DNA of 64,000 nt from an uncultured Candidatus Saccharibacteria bacterium (GCA_964584895.1 CAZPAW010000002.1:130748-194747); one strand, 5' to 3'. Counted from the first letter of the stretch, positions 19,616 through 28,552 are shown. Program-made: numbers and translations. The notes: generated by a model from the letters alone, not told the origin.

Positions 19616-19770
19616 GCTACCATATCGATCAAATTCAAAAAATATTAAATTGACAAGCATAGATACGAATAAATTTATAGCCTATCATTTGATGGAAAAA
19701 ATTTGTTGTATTATTCTGCCAGATAGAACTTAATATTTGGATTAATTCAAACATCTTATAAAATAGTGTT

Positions 19771-21201
19771 GTGGCTGGTGAAGCAAGAGAAAAATGTGCA
19801 GTTGGCGGGATCGTCCTTGAAGAGGGTAGTGATGCTGCTTCAGCATTACTTTATGAAACTTTATTTGCAATGCAACACAGAGGTCCAGAAGCAACCGGAA
19901 TGGTTAGCCTTAGACATGATGGTGCTCTAGTTGAACATAGAGGACTTGGTATGGTTCGTGATGTTTTTAACCAAGATTCAATAGATAGACTAGCTGGTTC
20001 AATAGCTTGCGGGCATGATCGATATTCTACAAATGGCTCAAAAACTGGTCATCCGCAACCAGTAATCGACAAAGAGGTTGGATTCGCCTTTAGTCTTAAT
20101 GGCAATAATCCTACAACAAGGTTTCTAGAAAATACTTTAGCCAGACGCAATATTCGTACAGCTGACATGAATGACGCGCAAATGGGAGGAATGGAAATTG
20201 CTCAAAACATTAGAAGTGGTCATGATTTGGCAGACTCAGTCGAACTCACGTTTCCACTACTTAGAGGAGCCTTCTCTTGTGTATCAATGCACGACGACAC
20301 ACTTGTAGCTTTTAGGGATCCAAAAGGAATTAGACCTTTAGCGCTCGGAAAACTTGATAACGGATATGCAGTCGCATCAGAGACGTGCGGACTTGATATT
20401 ATTGATGCCCAATATGAAAGAGAAGTCCAACCTGGAGAAATGATTATCATCACAAAGGATAGTATAGAATCTAGACAACTGTCTGATCCTGACCCAAAGC
20501 TAGATATGTTTGAGTTTGTATACTTCGCGAGACATGACAGCGAATTATATGGCAAGCGAGTTAATGAAGTACGTAGACAGTTCGGTGTTGAGCTAGCCGA
20601 ACAACACCCTCCAATAACCAACGATCCAGATAATATAATAGTAGTGCCTGTCCCGGACACATCAACCCCCGCAGCGGAGGGATACGCCGATGCTTTAGGA
20701 CTTAAGCATGCCCAAGCTATAATAAAAAATCGATATATAGGAAGAACATTTTTACAACCAAGTCAGGGCTCAAGAACAGATTCCTTAAGAAGAAAACATA
20801 ATTTTATCCCAGAGGCCGTTAGTGGCAAAGATGTAATAATGATTGATGATTCTATTGTAAGACTCAATACAATTCCTAGACTAGTTAAGCAAGCTTATGA
20901 ATGTAACGCTAAGAGTGTAACCGTATTAATCGCTTCATCACCTGTAAGGTTTCCTGACTATTATGGGATTGATACTCCGGAGCAAAAAGAACTTGCCGCC
21001 GCTAATATGACGATTGAAGAAATGCGCCAACAAATAGAATGTTTGTATCTAGGATACTTATCACTAGATAGAATGATAAGAGCTACTGGTTACGATGAAA
21101 GCATGTTTAACTTATCTTGTTTTACAGGGGTTTATCCGCTGGATATTGGTGAAAATAAAAAAAATATATACAAACCAAAAAGCATGGAACTCGTAGAATA
21201 G
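19771..21201 (+). CDS. purF: amidophosphoribosyltransferase (PurF-type glutamine PRPP amidotransferase)
   Basis: GTG start. Short propeptide then the Ntn Cys (...EKCAVGGIV...), ...DRYSTNGS..., a PRPP loop ...VIMIDDSIVRLNT... and the C-terminal ...SCFTGVYP.... Confidence 0.85.
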   Translation: MAGEAREKCAVGGIVLEEGSDAASALLYETLFAMQHRGPEATGMVSLRHDGALVEHRGLGMVRDVFNQDSIDRLAGSIACGHDRYSTNGSKTGHPQPVIDKEVGFAFSLNGNNPTTRFLENTLARRNIRTADMNDAQMGGMEIAQNIRSGHDLADSVELTFPLLRGAFSCVSMHDDTLVAFRDPKGIRPLALGKLDNGYAVASETCGLDIIDAQYEREVQPGEMIIITKDSIESRQLSDPDPKLDMFEFVYFARHDSELYGKRVNEVRRQFGVELAEQHPPITNDPDNIIVVPVPDTSTPAAEGYADALGLKHAQAIIKNRYIGRTFLQPSQGSRTDSLRRKHNFIPEAVSGKDVIMIDDSIVRLNTIPRLVKQAYECNAKSVTVLIASSPVRFPDYYGIDTPEQKELAAANMTIEEMRQQIECLYLGYLSLDRMIRATGYDESMFNLSCFTGVYPLDIGENKKNIYKPKSMELVE

Positions 21202-21249
21202 TCACTATATTTTAAAACATTTGTTAAAATCAATAAGCGAGTCTATTTT

Positions 21250-21324
21250 GCCGACATAGCTCAGGGGTAGAGCGCATCCATGGTAAGGATGAGGTCCTGG
21301 GTTCAAATCCCAGTGTCGGCTCCA
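21250..21324 (+). tRNA. tRNA-Thr (anticodon GGT), CCA encoded
   Basis: Acceptor GCCGACA/TGTCGGC, anticodon arm CATCC-ATGGTAA-GGATG, T arm CTGGG-TTCAAAT-CCCAG. Confidence 0.93.
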
Positions 21325-21370
21325 TAAATAACACTTGAATATATTAATCTAATCTGTTAATCTATACTTC

Positions 21371-21577
21371 ATGGCTAAAAAAACAGGTAAACGAAAAACA
21401 ATTGGACTAGTTAGCGAACTTTCTGGACATCGCCATTATTACACTGCCAAGAATCAACAAAATACTTCTGATAAATTAAGTCTTAAAAAATATGATCCAG
21501 TAGCAAGAAAACACACCCTTTATATAGAGACAAAAAAGAGTTTAGGTCGCAACGAAGTCAAACCTCGAAAAAAATAG
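21371..21577 (+). CDS. rpmG: 50S ribosomal protein L33
   Basis: Reads MAKKTGKRKTIGLVSELSGHRHYYTAKNQQNTSDKLSLKKYDPVARKHTLYIETK... with a short basic C-terminal extension. Confidence 0.9.
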   Translation: MAKKTGKRKTIGLVSELSGHRHYYTAKNQQNTSDKLSLKKYDPVARKHTLYIETKKSLGRNEVKPRKK

Positions 21578-21594
21578 TTATCCACAGCCCCCTC

Positions 21595-21622
21595 TTGACA
21601 CTAAAAATAGGTCTTGTATGCT
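21595..21622 (+). promoter_or_regulatory. candidate promoter of the LysM/Rpf gene
   Basis: TTGACA (21595-21600), a 16-nt spacer, then TATGCT (21617-21622). It would leave a 5' UTR of about 120 nt. Confidence 0.3.
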
Positions 21623-21748
21623 GGTCATTGTGTCTTTTGTCAGTGAGAGTGGAACGCTGTATTAAACGCCCTGGACACGAAAAAATTAATTAGAAAAATT
21701 TCTAAAATAAAAAATAAAACAAAAGGGCAGCAATTAAGAGGAGGTGTT

Positions 21749-22363
21749 ATGCGAAAATTCGCACTACTAGCAGTGCTAGTATTTAGCGTACTGTTTTTCA
21801 GTACTGCAACAGGTTCAGCCCGTGCTGAAACCATTAAAAAAGTAAATAAAAGTAAACAAAGAATTGTTATTGTCTCGAGCGGAGACTCTTTAGTTAAAAT
21901 TGCCAAAAAGCATAAAACAACTTATAAACGCATTTTTGACGCAAATAAACAAATAAAAAGTCCAGACTTAATTTTTCCAGGTCAGAAACTAAGAATCCCA
22001 AAGAAAACAGAGAAATTAAAATCTAGGACTATAGCTCCTGTAGTTACGACACCCGTCGCCAATCGGCAACCTGTTGTCGCCACTACACCACAACCTCAGC
22101 AAGCTCCAGCAAACTTCGCACCAGGAAACAGTGTATGGGATCAGCTGGCTGCTTGTGAATCAGGCGGAAACTGGGCTATTAATACTGGCAACGGATATTA
22201 TGGAGGGCTGCAGTTCTCTTTATCAAGTTGGAGGGGCGTGGGTGGTAGCGGCTATCCTCACCAAGCAAGCAAAGCCGAACAAATACAGCGAGCCGAAATT
22301 CTACGTTCAAGCGGTGGCTGGGGTCATTGGCCGGCCTGTTCAGCAAAACTAGGTTTGATTTAA
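21749..22363 (+). CDS. secreted LysM + Rpf-like (resuscitation-promoting-factor / transglycosylase-like) protein
   Basis: Signal peptide MRKFALLAVLVFSVLFFSTATGSARA, LysM ...VSSGDSLVKIAKKHKTTYKRIFDANKQIKSPDLIFPGQKLRIP..., and Rpf core ...WDQLAACESGGNWAINTGNGYYGGLQFSLSSW...WPACS.... Confidence 0.88.
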   Translation: MRKFALLAVLVFSVLFFSTATGSARAETIKKVNKSKQRIVIVSSGDSLVKIAKKHKTTYKRIFDANKQIKSPDLIFPGQKLRIPKKTEKLKSRTIAPVVTTPVANRQPVVATTPQPQQAPANFAPGNSVWDQLAACESGGNWAINTGNGYYGGLQFSLSSWRGVGGSGYPHQASKAEQIQRAEILRSSGGWGHWPACSAKLGLI

Positions 22364-22385
22364 TTTAATCTACTAGGCTTAAAAA

Positions 22386-22416
22386 AAGAATCTGCAGTTT
22401 TTGCAGATTCTTTTTT
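22386..22416. terminator. bidirectional intrinsic-terminator-like hairpin
   Basis: AAGAATCTGCA-GTTTT-TGCAGATTCTT is flanked by an A-run (22381-22387) and a T-run (22411-22416). It lies between the 3' ends of the Rpf gene (+) and tRNA-Trp (-). Confidence 0.75.
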
Positions 22417-22417
22417 A

Positions 22418-22494
22418 TGGCAGGGGTGGAGGGACTTGAACCCGCGACCTTCGGTTTTGGAGACCGACGCTCTAGCCAGCTGAGCTACACCCCT
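22418..22494 (-). tRNA. tRNA-Trp (anticodon CCA), CCA encoded
   Basis: The reverse complement folds as acceptor AGGGGTG/CACCCCT, anticodon arm TCGGT-CTCCAAA-ACCGA, and T arm GCGGG-TTCAAGT-CCCTC with one mismatch. Confidence 0.9.
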
Positions 22495-22639
22495 AAATCT
22501 ATTTATTAAGATACCGAGTTAATAATACAATACGTTATCTGTTATGTCACATAGAGTTTGTGTCCATACATGCCAAAATTACGGAATAAAATCTTTAGCA
22601 TTTAACCTACAAGGAACTCTGTTATACAATAGGATGTAC

Positions 22640-23290
22640 ATGTCAAAAATCCCATTAAAAAAACCAGTTTTAATAATATTATTCGGTTATCCAGGATCTG
22701 GAAAAACCTATTTTGCAAAAGATTTATCTAATCATATTCAAGCCGTCCATATAAGCGCAGATAAACTAAGGAATGAATTATTTGAAAATCCAAGATTTGA
22801 CAAAGATGAAAACACAGTCGTAACTCACTTAATGCAATATATGGCTGAAGAATTTCTTTTAGCTGGAGTAAGCGTTATCTATGATGGTAATAGTGACAAA
22901 TTTGCAAAACGTCAGTCATTGCGAGAAATCGCAAAAAAAAATCGAGCAGAATCATGTTTGATTTGGTTTCAAATCGACAAGGATTCAGCATTTTCACGTA
23001 TGAAAAATAGAGACAAACGAAAACGTGAAGATAAATACTCACGTATTTTTTCTAAAGAGGAATTCGGAGCATATATTAGTAATATCCAAAACCCAAAACA
23101 AGACGAGCAGTACCTAGTACTTAGCGGCAAACACTCTCCTACAATGCAAAGAAGCGCACTAGTCAGGCGTTTATTCGAAAGAGGAATAATCTCAGCAGAC
23201 TATGTACCAGCAAATATCACAAAGCCAGGCATGGTAAACCTAGTACCGGGGCGCGTCGATGAAAGTCGACGAAACATATCTATTAGATAG
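22640..23290 (+). CDS. P-loop kinase-like ATPase (AAA_33-type)
   Basis: Walker A ...LFGYPGSGKTYFA.... Start placed at ATG 22640, 5 nt after AGGA; the tracked start at 22544 has no SD. Confidence 0.7.
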   Translation: MSKIPLKKPVLIILFGYPGSGKTYFAKDLSNHIQAVHISADKLRNELFENPRFDKDENTVVTHLMQYMAEEFLLAGVSVIYDGNSDKFAKRQSLREIAKKNRAESCLIWFQIDKDSAFSRMKNRDKRKREDKYSRIFSKEEFGAYISNIQNPKQDEQYLVLSGKHSPTMQRSALVRRLFERGIISADYVPANITKPGMVNLVPGRVDESRRNISIR

Positions 23291-23293
23291 GTT

Positions 23294-23992
23294 ATGGCAA
23301 AACAAATCATTGCACTTCCTGAAATCGGAGAAGTAGAGTTTTCTAAAAATCAAAGGGCAAAAAGTCTCAAAATTAATATCAGTGGTAGCAAGATCAAGGT
23401 TACTTATCCTAGGTACGTTTCATTACTGATGGCAAAATCTTATGTTATTTCTAAAAAATCATGGATTATAAAAAATAGAAAAAACTCACATATTTTTCAC
23501 TCAGGCGATCTTATAGGAAAAACGCATAAACTAGTTATTGAATCATCCAACCGCTCGTCAATAACTTCAAAGATACATGACAATACATTGATTGTAAAAA
23601 TCCCGAATAATCTTGATCCTTATTCGGCTGAAATTCAGCATAAGATAAAATCTAAGATCGAAAAAGTATTAAAGACAGAGAGCGAAAACTTAATTACAAC
23701 AAGACTAAAAGACATATCCTACGAACAAAATATAAATTATAGATCAATCAATTATAAAAAATTATCAAGACGATGGGGTAGCTGTGATAGCAAAAAGAAC
23801 ATCATTCTAAACCTATACCTAGTTCAATTTCCATGGAATATTATTGATTACGTTATTGCGCACGAATTAGCACACACGCAAGAACTTAACCATAGTCCCA
23901 AATTCTGGAAAGTCGTCGAATCAATATATCCAGACTACAAGACAGCAAAACAAGCGATAAAAGATCATTCGCCTGAAGCATATGGGATATAG
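23294..23992 (+). CDS. YgjP-like (DUF45 / M48-type) metal-dependent hydrolase
   Basis: C-terminal ...RRWGSCDSKKNIILNLYLVQFPWNIIDYVIAHELAHTQELNHSPKFW... with an HExxH motif. Confidence 0.8.
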   Translation: MAKQIIALPEIGEVEFSKNQRAKSLKINISGSKIKVTYPRYVSLLMAKSYVISKKSWIIKNRKNSHIFHSGDLIGKTHKLVIESSNRSSITSKIHDNTLIVKIPNNLDPYSAEIQHKIKSKIEKVLKTESENLITTRLKDISYEQNINYRSINYKKLSRRWGSCDSKKNIILNLYLVQFPWNIIDYVIAHELAHTQELNHSPKFWKVVESIYPDYKTAKQAIKDHSPEAYGI

Positions 23993-24030
23993 CTCAGATA
24001 AGGATTAGAATTATAAAATAATGTGCCATA

Positions 24031-25164
24031 ATGTTAATCATGGATAAAGAGCCTTCAAAGACGGCCCAGAATATACAACAAATTGACCATGAAAGGTTAA
24101 AAAGCCTAATCAACAGCATGGGCGATGGCGTGATTGCAGTAGATGAAAATCAAAAAATCGTTCTATACAACGGAGCGGCACTCAACATACTAGATAAAAA
24201 CACGCCCTTAAACAATTTATTCATTGCTGATGTGATTAATATTATTGATAAAAACAAGAATTCTATTAACATAAGACAGTTAATCCATAGTATTAAAACT
24301 TCATATTTCAATCGAGATTTTTTACTACTATACCCAGACAAAAGTACAATTAATCTATATATAAGCATTGCGCCAGTCCGACTTGGCTATGGGCACGAAG
24401 GCATGCTTGGTTACGTGATTTTGTTAAGAGATATTACTAGAGAGAAAACTTTAGAAGAAGAACGCGATGAATTTATTAGCGTCGTAAGCCACGAACTCCG
24501 GACACCGATTGCAATTACCGAAGGTAATATTGGTAACGCTCAACTAATCGCAGACAAAACTGGAGACATAGCAAAGATTAAGGAAGCCTTAAAGCTCGCT
24601 CATGACCAAGTATTATATTTGGGCGATATGATAAATGATTTGTCGACATTATCACGGGCAGAGACAGGAAAGTTGGATGTCCAGATAGAACCAATTAATG
24701 TACATGATCTAGTTAACGAGTTAGTCTCAAATTACAAACCTAATGCAGAAGAAAAGAACTTATCGATAAAGCTCGATTTAGATCCGCAACTCGAACTTCT
24801 ACATTCGAGCAAACTATATGTGACAGAAATATTACAAAACTTTATAACAAACGCAATTAAATATACTCAAAAAGGGTATATCCAGATTATGGCAAAGCCG
24901 ACAAAAGATGGGGTTTGTTTTAATGTAATTGATACTGGGATTGGGATTGGAAAAGCGGATAAAGAAAAGCTCTTTAATAAATTTTTTAGATCAGAAGATT
25001 ATAGAACCCGCGAAACAAACGGCACAGGTCTAGGGCTTTACGTTACGATGAAACTAGCCAAACTTATACATGCACAGATAACTGTCGAAAGCGAACTAGA
25101 TAATGGATCGATTTTTACAGTAAATATTCCGAATTTAAATACCGCTATTGAACCAAAAACATAA
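24031..25164 (+). CDS. cytoplasmic PAS-domain sensor histidine kinase
   Basis: H-box ...FISVVSHELRTPI..., N-box ...NAIKYT..., G-boxes ...DTGIGIG... and ...GTGLGL.... No TM segment. Confidence 0.88.
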   Translation: MLIMDKEPSKTAQNIQQIDHERLKSLINSMGDGVIAVDENQKIVLYNGAALNILDKNTPLNNLFIADVINIIDKNKNSINIRQLIHSIKTSYFNRDFLLLYPDKSTINLYISIAPVRLGYGHEGMLGYVILLRDITREKTLEEERDEFISVVSHELRTPIAITEGNIGNAQLIADKTGDIAKIKEALKLAHDQVLYLGDMINDLSTLSRAETGKLDVQIEPINVHDLVNELVSNYKPNAEEKNLSIKLDLDPQLELLHSSKLYVTEILQNFITNAIKYTQKGYIQIMAKPTKDGVCFNVIDTGIGIGKADKEKLFNKFFRSEDYRTRETNGTGLGLYVTMKLAKLIHAQITVESELDNGSIFTVNIPNLNTAIEPKT

Positions 25165-25230
25165 CTCTGGTATTATTGACATAGACAGCACATACTATAA
25201 ATGTATGTGTTTTTTAATAGGAGGCACAAT

Positions 25231-25623
25231 TTGAGTAAAACGCCGAAGTCGAAACAAGCAAAATCACTACGTCAAACTATTGACGACAGTGCGTCAAAAA
25301 CACCCAAAAAACGTCGCTTAAAAACTAGCGCCAATAACGTGTCGAAACCTTTAAAAAACGCTTATTCAAAAGGCAAAAAGGAATTTAATATACCATTGCC
25401 AGATAACAAAGTTGGTCGGTTTTTAGCTAAAAGACCAAGGCTAATCCCGAGCTACTTTAGAGAAAGTTGGAAAGAGTTAAAAGAAGTAACTTGGCCAGAT
25501 CGCAAAACAACAATCAAGCTAACTATAGCAGTTTTTATATTTGCGATTGTTTTTGGATTAGCTATTGCAATTATTGATTATGGACTTGATAAATTATTTA
25601 GAATATTAATATTGGAGAAATAA
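25231..25623 (+). CDS. secE: preprotein translocase subunit SecE with long basic N-terminal extension
   Basis: C-terminal ...SWKELKEVTWPDRKTTIKLTIAVFIFAIVFGLAIAIIDYGL.... TTG 25231 lies 6 nt after AGGAGG. Directly upstream of nusG. Confidence 0.85.
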   Translation: MSKTPKSKQAKSLRQTIDDSASKTPKKRRLKTSANNVSKPLKNAYSKGKKEFNIPLPDNKVGRFLAKRPRLIPSYFRESWKELKEVTWPDRKTTIKLTIAVFIFAIVFGLAIAIIDYGLDKLFRILILEK

Positions 25624-26165
25624 TGACAAAACGATACGACACTACAAAACAATGGTACGCAATCCACACATATAGTGGATACGAAGAAAAAGTTGCAGAA
25701 AGCATCCGCCAGCGTGCCGACAGTCTGGATATGAAGGACAAAATCTTTCAAATTCTAGTACCAAAAGAAAAAATGATTGAAGTAAAAAATGGCAAACGAA
25801 AAGTTGTAGAAAAACGAATTTTTCAAGGTTATTGCCTCGTAGAGATGAAATTAACTGAAGATGCATGGTACATCGTACGAAATACGCCTAATGTAACGGG
25901 TTTTGTTGGTACTGGCACAGAGCCAACACCAGTGTCATACGAAGAAATTGAAAAGATTATGAAACGAATGGGCCGAGAAGAGCCAAAACACAAAATTGAC
26001 TTCAAAGTTGGCGAAGTAGTTAACATTATCGATGGACCATTTAAAGGTTTTGACGGTGCAATTAACGAAATTGATGTGCAAAAAGGTAAGCTAAAAGTAC
26101 TAGTGAACATGTTTGGCCGTGAAACCCCGGTGGAACTTGATAGTTTGCAGGTTAAGCGAGTATAG
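25623..26165 (+). CDS. nusG: transcription termination/antitermination factor NusG
   Basis: NGN domain ...WYAIHTYSGYEEKV... and KOW ...GEVVNIIDGPFKGFDGAINEID.... Confidence 0.96.
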   Translation: MTKRYDTTKQWYAIHTYSGYEEKVAESIRQRADSLDMKDKIFQILVPKEKMIEVKNGKRKVVEKRIFQGYCLVEMKLTEDAWYIVRNTPNVTGFVGTGTEPTPVSYEEIEKIMKRMGREEPKHKIDFKVGEVVNIIDGPFKGFDGAINEIDVQKGKLKVLVNMFGRETPVELDSLQVKRV

Positions 26166-26179
26166 TTATACGCAAAATT

Positions 26180-26443
26180 ATGGAACCGATGGATTCTGGA
26201 CAGAGCGAAAGAAAGTATCTAAGTTTTACGAAGCACGAACTTTTTTTAAATACTCAAATTTTTTCGGGATTAGGAGCGGTACTTCTTGGTTCTGAAATGA
26301 TTACACAAAGTGGAGATGTTTTATCTAAGATTGCCGGAGCAGTTTTTGCGATATCAGGAGTCGTTAATATTGTTAAACCAGCAATCGAAGTTAGGACGAT
26401 AATTCGTAACGAACAAGGTCTGGACAACAGGGGTGATATATAG
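26180..26443 (+). CDS. hypothetical small protein with two hydrophobic segments
   Basis: 87-aa ORF filling the nusG-rplK gap. No SD and no motif recognised. Confidence 0.4.
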   Translation: MEPMDSGQSERKYLSFTKHELFLNTQIFSGLGAVLLGSEMITQSGDVLSKIAGAVFAISGVVNIVKPAIEVRTIIRNEQGLDNRGDI

Positions 26444-26567
26444 TAAACTTATTTAGTTACGCACAACGACGAAATATCGTAGTACTAAATAGACTGTATC
26501 CAGTTATCTGTGAAATAACTGACAACAGGCTACATTCAACAGACAACAAAATATCGGAGAGAATTAT

Positions 26568-26990
26568 ATGGCAAAAAAAGTTACAGCAAATTTAAAGATG
26601 AAAATCTCAGCTGGTAAAGCTAGTGCCGGACCTCCAGTAGGTTCAACCCTAGGTCAGTACGGCGTAAATATGATGGATTTTGTTACACCGTTTAACGAAC
26701 AAACACGTGAGTTAAAAGGCACAGTTACAGCGCATATTCAGATTTATGATGATAGAAGCATGGATTTTAGAGTAGTCGCCGAGCCTACAGATGATTTGAT
26801 TCGTCAAAAACTAGGTATCGACAAAGGTAGCGGCAAGCCAAACACTGAGAAAATTAGTAAAAAACTAACTGATGCTCAGCTGACTGAAATTGCCGAAATT
26901 AAAGCCAATGACATGAATACGGAAGATATCGAAGCGGTAAAGAAAATGGTTGCCGGCACAGCTAGAAGCATGGGCGTGGAGATAGGATAA
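26568..26990 (+). CDS. rplK: 50S ribosomal protein L11
   Basis: Contains ...KMKISAGKASAGPPVGSTLGQYGVNMMDF.... Confidence 0.97.
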   Translation: MAKKVTANLKMKISAGKASAGPPVGSTLGQYGVNMMDFVTPFNEQTRELKGTVTAHIQIYDDRSMDFRVVAEPTDDLIRQKLGIDKGSGKPNTEKISKKLTDAQLTEIAEIKANDMNTEDIEAVKKMVAGTARSMGVEIG

Positions 26991-26996
26991 ATTATT

Positions 26997-27383
26997 GTGG
27001 GTAGATATTCCGCAGCTACAACTGATGCAAACGAAATTACTACTCGCTTACGTATGGATTCAGATGAAATCGCTGATACGATACGCGCTGCATCTACTAC
27101 GCTTTCTGGAAGCGATTTTCAAGATACCGTCGATCAACTACAAAGATTATGGAAAGACCACCAGGATAGAACAGCGTTGAGCCATCTAAAGAGACTAGAT
27201 CGGCTTGTTTACGGTTTAAATCAGACGACAGGTAAGATTACAGAAGTTGAATTTGTTGACCCACAAACTCTTAGACCCGATGAAAAAGAACAATGGATAG
27301 CTGAAATAACAATGAGATCAGCAGAACGAGAACAGACACAATTCCCTGAAAAATTTTTTGACGACCCACATATTGTCGATTAA
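26997..27383 (+). CDS. hypothetical acidic protein, 128 aa, inserted between rplK and rplA
   Basis: GTG start 9 nt after AGGA (26984-26987). The 387-nt open frame occupies the whole rplK-rplA spacer in AT-rich DNA. No motif recognised. Confidence 0.6.
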   Translation: MGRYSAATTDANEITTRLRMDSDEIADTIRAASTTLSGSDFQDTVDQLQRLWKDHQDRTALSHLKRLDRLVYGLNQTTGKITEVEFVDPQTLRPDEKEQWIAEITMRSAEREQTQFPEKFFDDPHIVD

Positions 27384-27441
27384 TAATTAATAAACTGTGG
27401 GAGGCCGTCGAATAGCCGTTATTACCACGAAAGGAGCCACT

Positions 27442-28416
27442 ATGGCAGAAGCCAAAAAAACAATTAAAAAAACACCAGAACAAGAAAAAGAAATTCTTGA
27501 ATCCATTAAAAAGGCCGATAAAGAAATTGTAGAAAATGAAGCCAAAGAAATTATCGATAAAGAAAAAGCTAAAGTAACCACCAAAAAAGCCGGTAAACAT
27601 AGCGCAAAAGGTATTAAAGAAGAACAAGAAAAACTAGAAAAAATCGAACGTCAAAAGCATAAAGAAGAGCAAATAACTGCAGAAGAGTCTAAACCAAAAA
27701 ATGTTCAAAAACCGGCAAGACCACATCATGAAAGAAAAGGTAAAAAGTATCGTGAAAGTTATAAACTAATTGATAAGAATACTGAATACAGCCTAAACGA
27801 TGCTGTTGCACTAGCAAGAAAAACTAGCACTGTTAAGTTTGACGCCTCGGTAGAGCTACACGTTCGACTAAACGTCGATCCAAAACATGCTGACCAAAAC
27901 ATCAGAGAAAGCATTGTCTTGCCCGCCGGAACAGGTAAAAAAGTAGTGGTCGCGGTATTTGCTGAACCAGAAGATGCTAAAAAAGCAAAAACTGCTGGTG
28001 CTGACATTGTTGGTGAAGATGACTTTTTGCAACGTCTTGATAAAGGACAGTTCGATTTTGATGTATTAATATCTACTCCAAAAATGATGGCTAGGCTTGG
28101 CAAATACGCTAAAGATCTAGGGCCTAGAGGTCTAATGCCAAATCCAAAAAGCGGCACGGTAACAACTGATGTTTCAAAAGCAGTAAACGAATCTAAGGGC
28201 GGTAAGGTTGAGTATCGTGTTGATAGTACGGGAATCGTTCATATTGCCACAGGCAAAGTGAGCTTTAGCGATAAAGACTTAATAACAAATATAAAAACTA
28301 TACTCGCTAGTATAAAGAGCGCAAAACCAACTTCAACAAAAGGCATTTACGTAGAATCTGTATATATCAGCACTTCTATGGGCCCAAGCATCAAACTAGC
28401 TAACAGTATTATTTAA
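27442..28416 (+). CDS. rplA: 50S ribosomal protein L1 with about 98-aa Lys/Glu-rich N-terminal extension
   Basis: ATG 27442 follows AAAGGAG. The canonical L1 sequence begins at ...KGKKYRESYKLIDKNTEYSLNDAVALARK... and continues ...FDASVELHVRLNVDPKHADQNIR.... Confidence 0.93.
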   Translation: MAEAKKTIKKTPEQEKEILESIKKADKEIVENEAKEIIDKEKAKVTTKKAGKHSAKGIKEEQEKLEKIERQKHKEEQITAEESKPKNVQKPARPHHERKGKKYRESYKLIDKNTEYSLNDAVALARKTSTVKFDASVELHVRLNVDPKHADQNIRESIVLPAGTGKKVVVAVFAEPEDAKKAKTAGADIVGEDDFLQRLDKGQFDFDVLISTPKMMARLGKYAKDLGPRGLMPNPKSGTVTTDVSKAVNESKGGKVEYRVDSTGIVHIATGKVSFSDKDLITNIKTILASIKSAKPTSTKGIYVESVYISTSMGPSIKLANSII

Positions 28417-28552
28417 AAAAATTTTAGCTTAAGAAGTTTAACGCAATAAAGTAAAGCTGATTGTAAAAATGATGTTGTAATAATCATTATTTACTTGTTT
28501 AGTCTCGCTTTTGCAAAGTACAATATAGTCATCACTAAGCGAGGGTAGAAAG

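Noticed and set aside
20220-20660. 146-aa minus-strand ORF inside purF
   Set aside because: It is antisense to a full-length PurF with intact motifs and has a Ser-rich low-information composition.
21601-21748. Possible ydaO/cyclic-di-AMP riboswitch upstream of the Rpf-like gene (known to precede rpf genes in Actinobacteria)
   Set aside because: I could not find the conserved ydaO sequence blocks or its pseudo-symmetric architecture by eye. A cmscan is needed before making any claim.
27271-27627. 118-aa and 65-aa minus-strand ORFs opposite the rplA 5' region
   Set aside because: They are artefacts of the Lys/Glu low-complexity coding (AAA/GAA repeats read as Phe-rich on the other strand).
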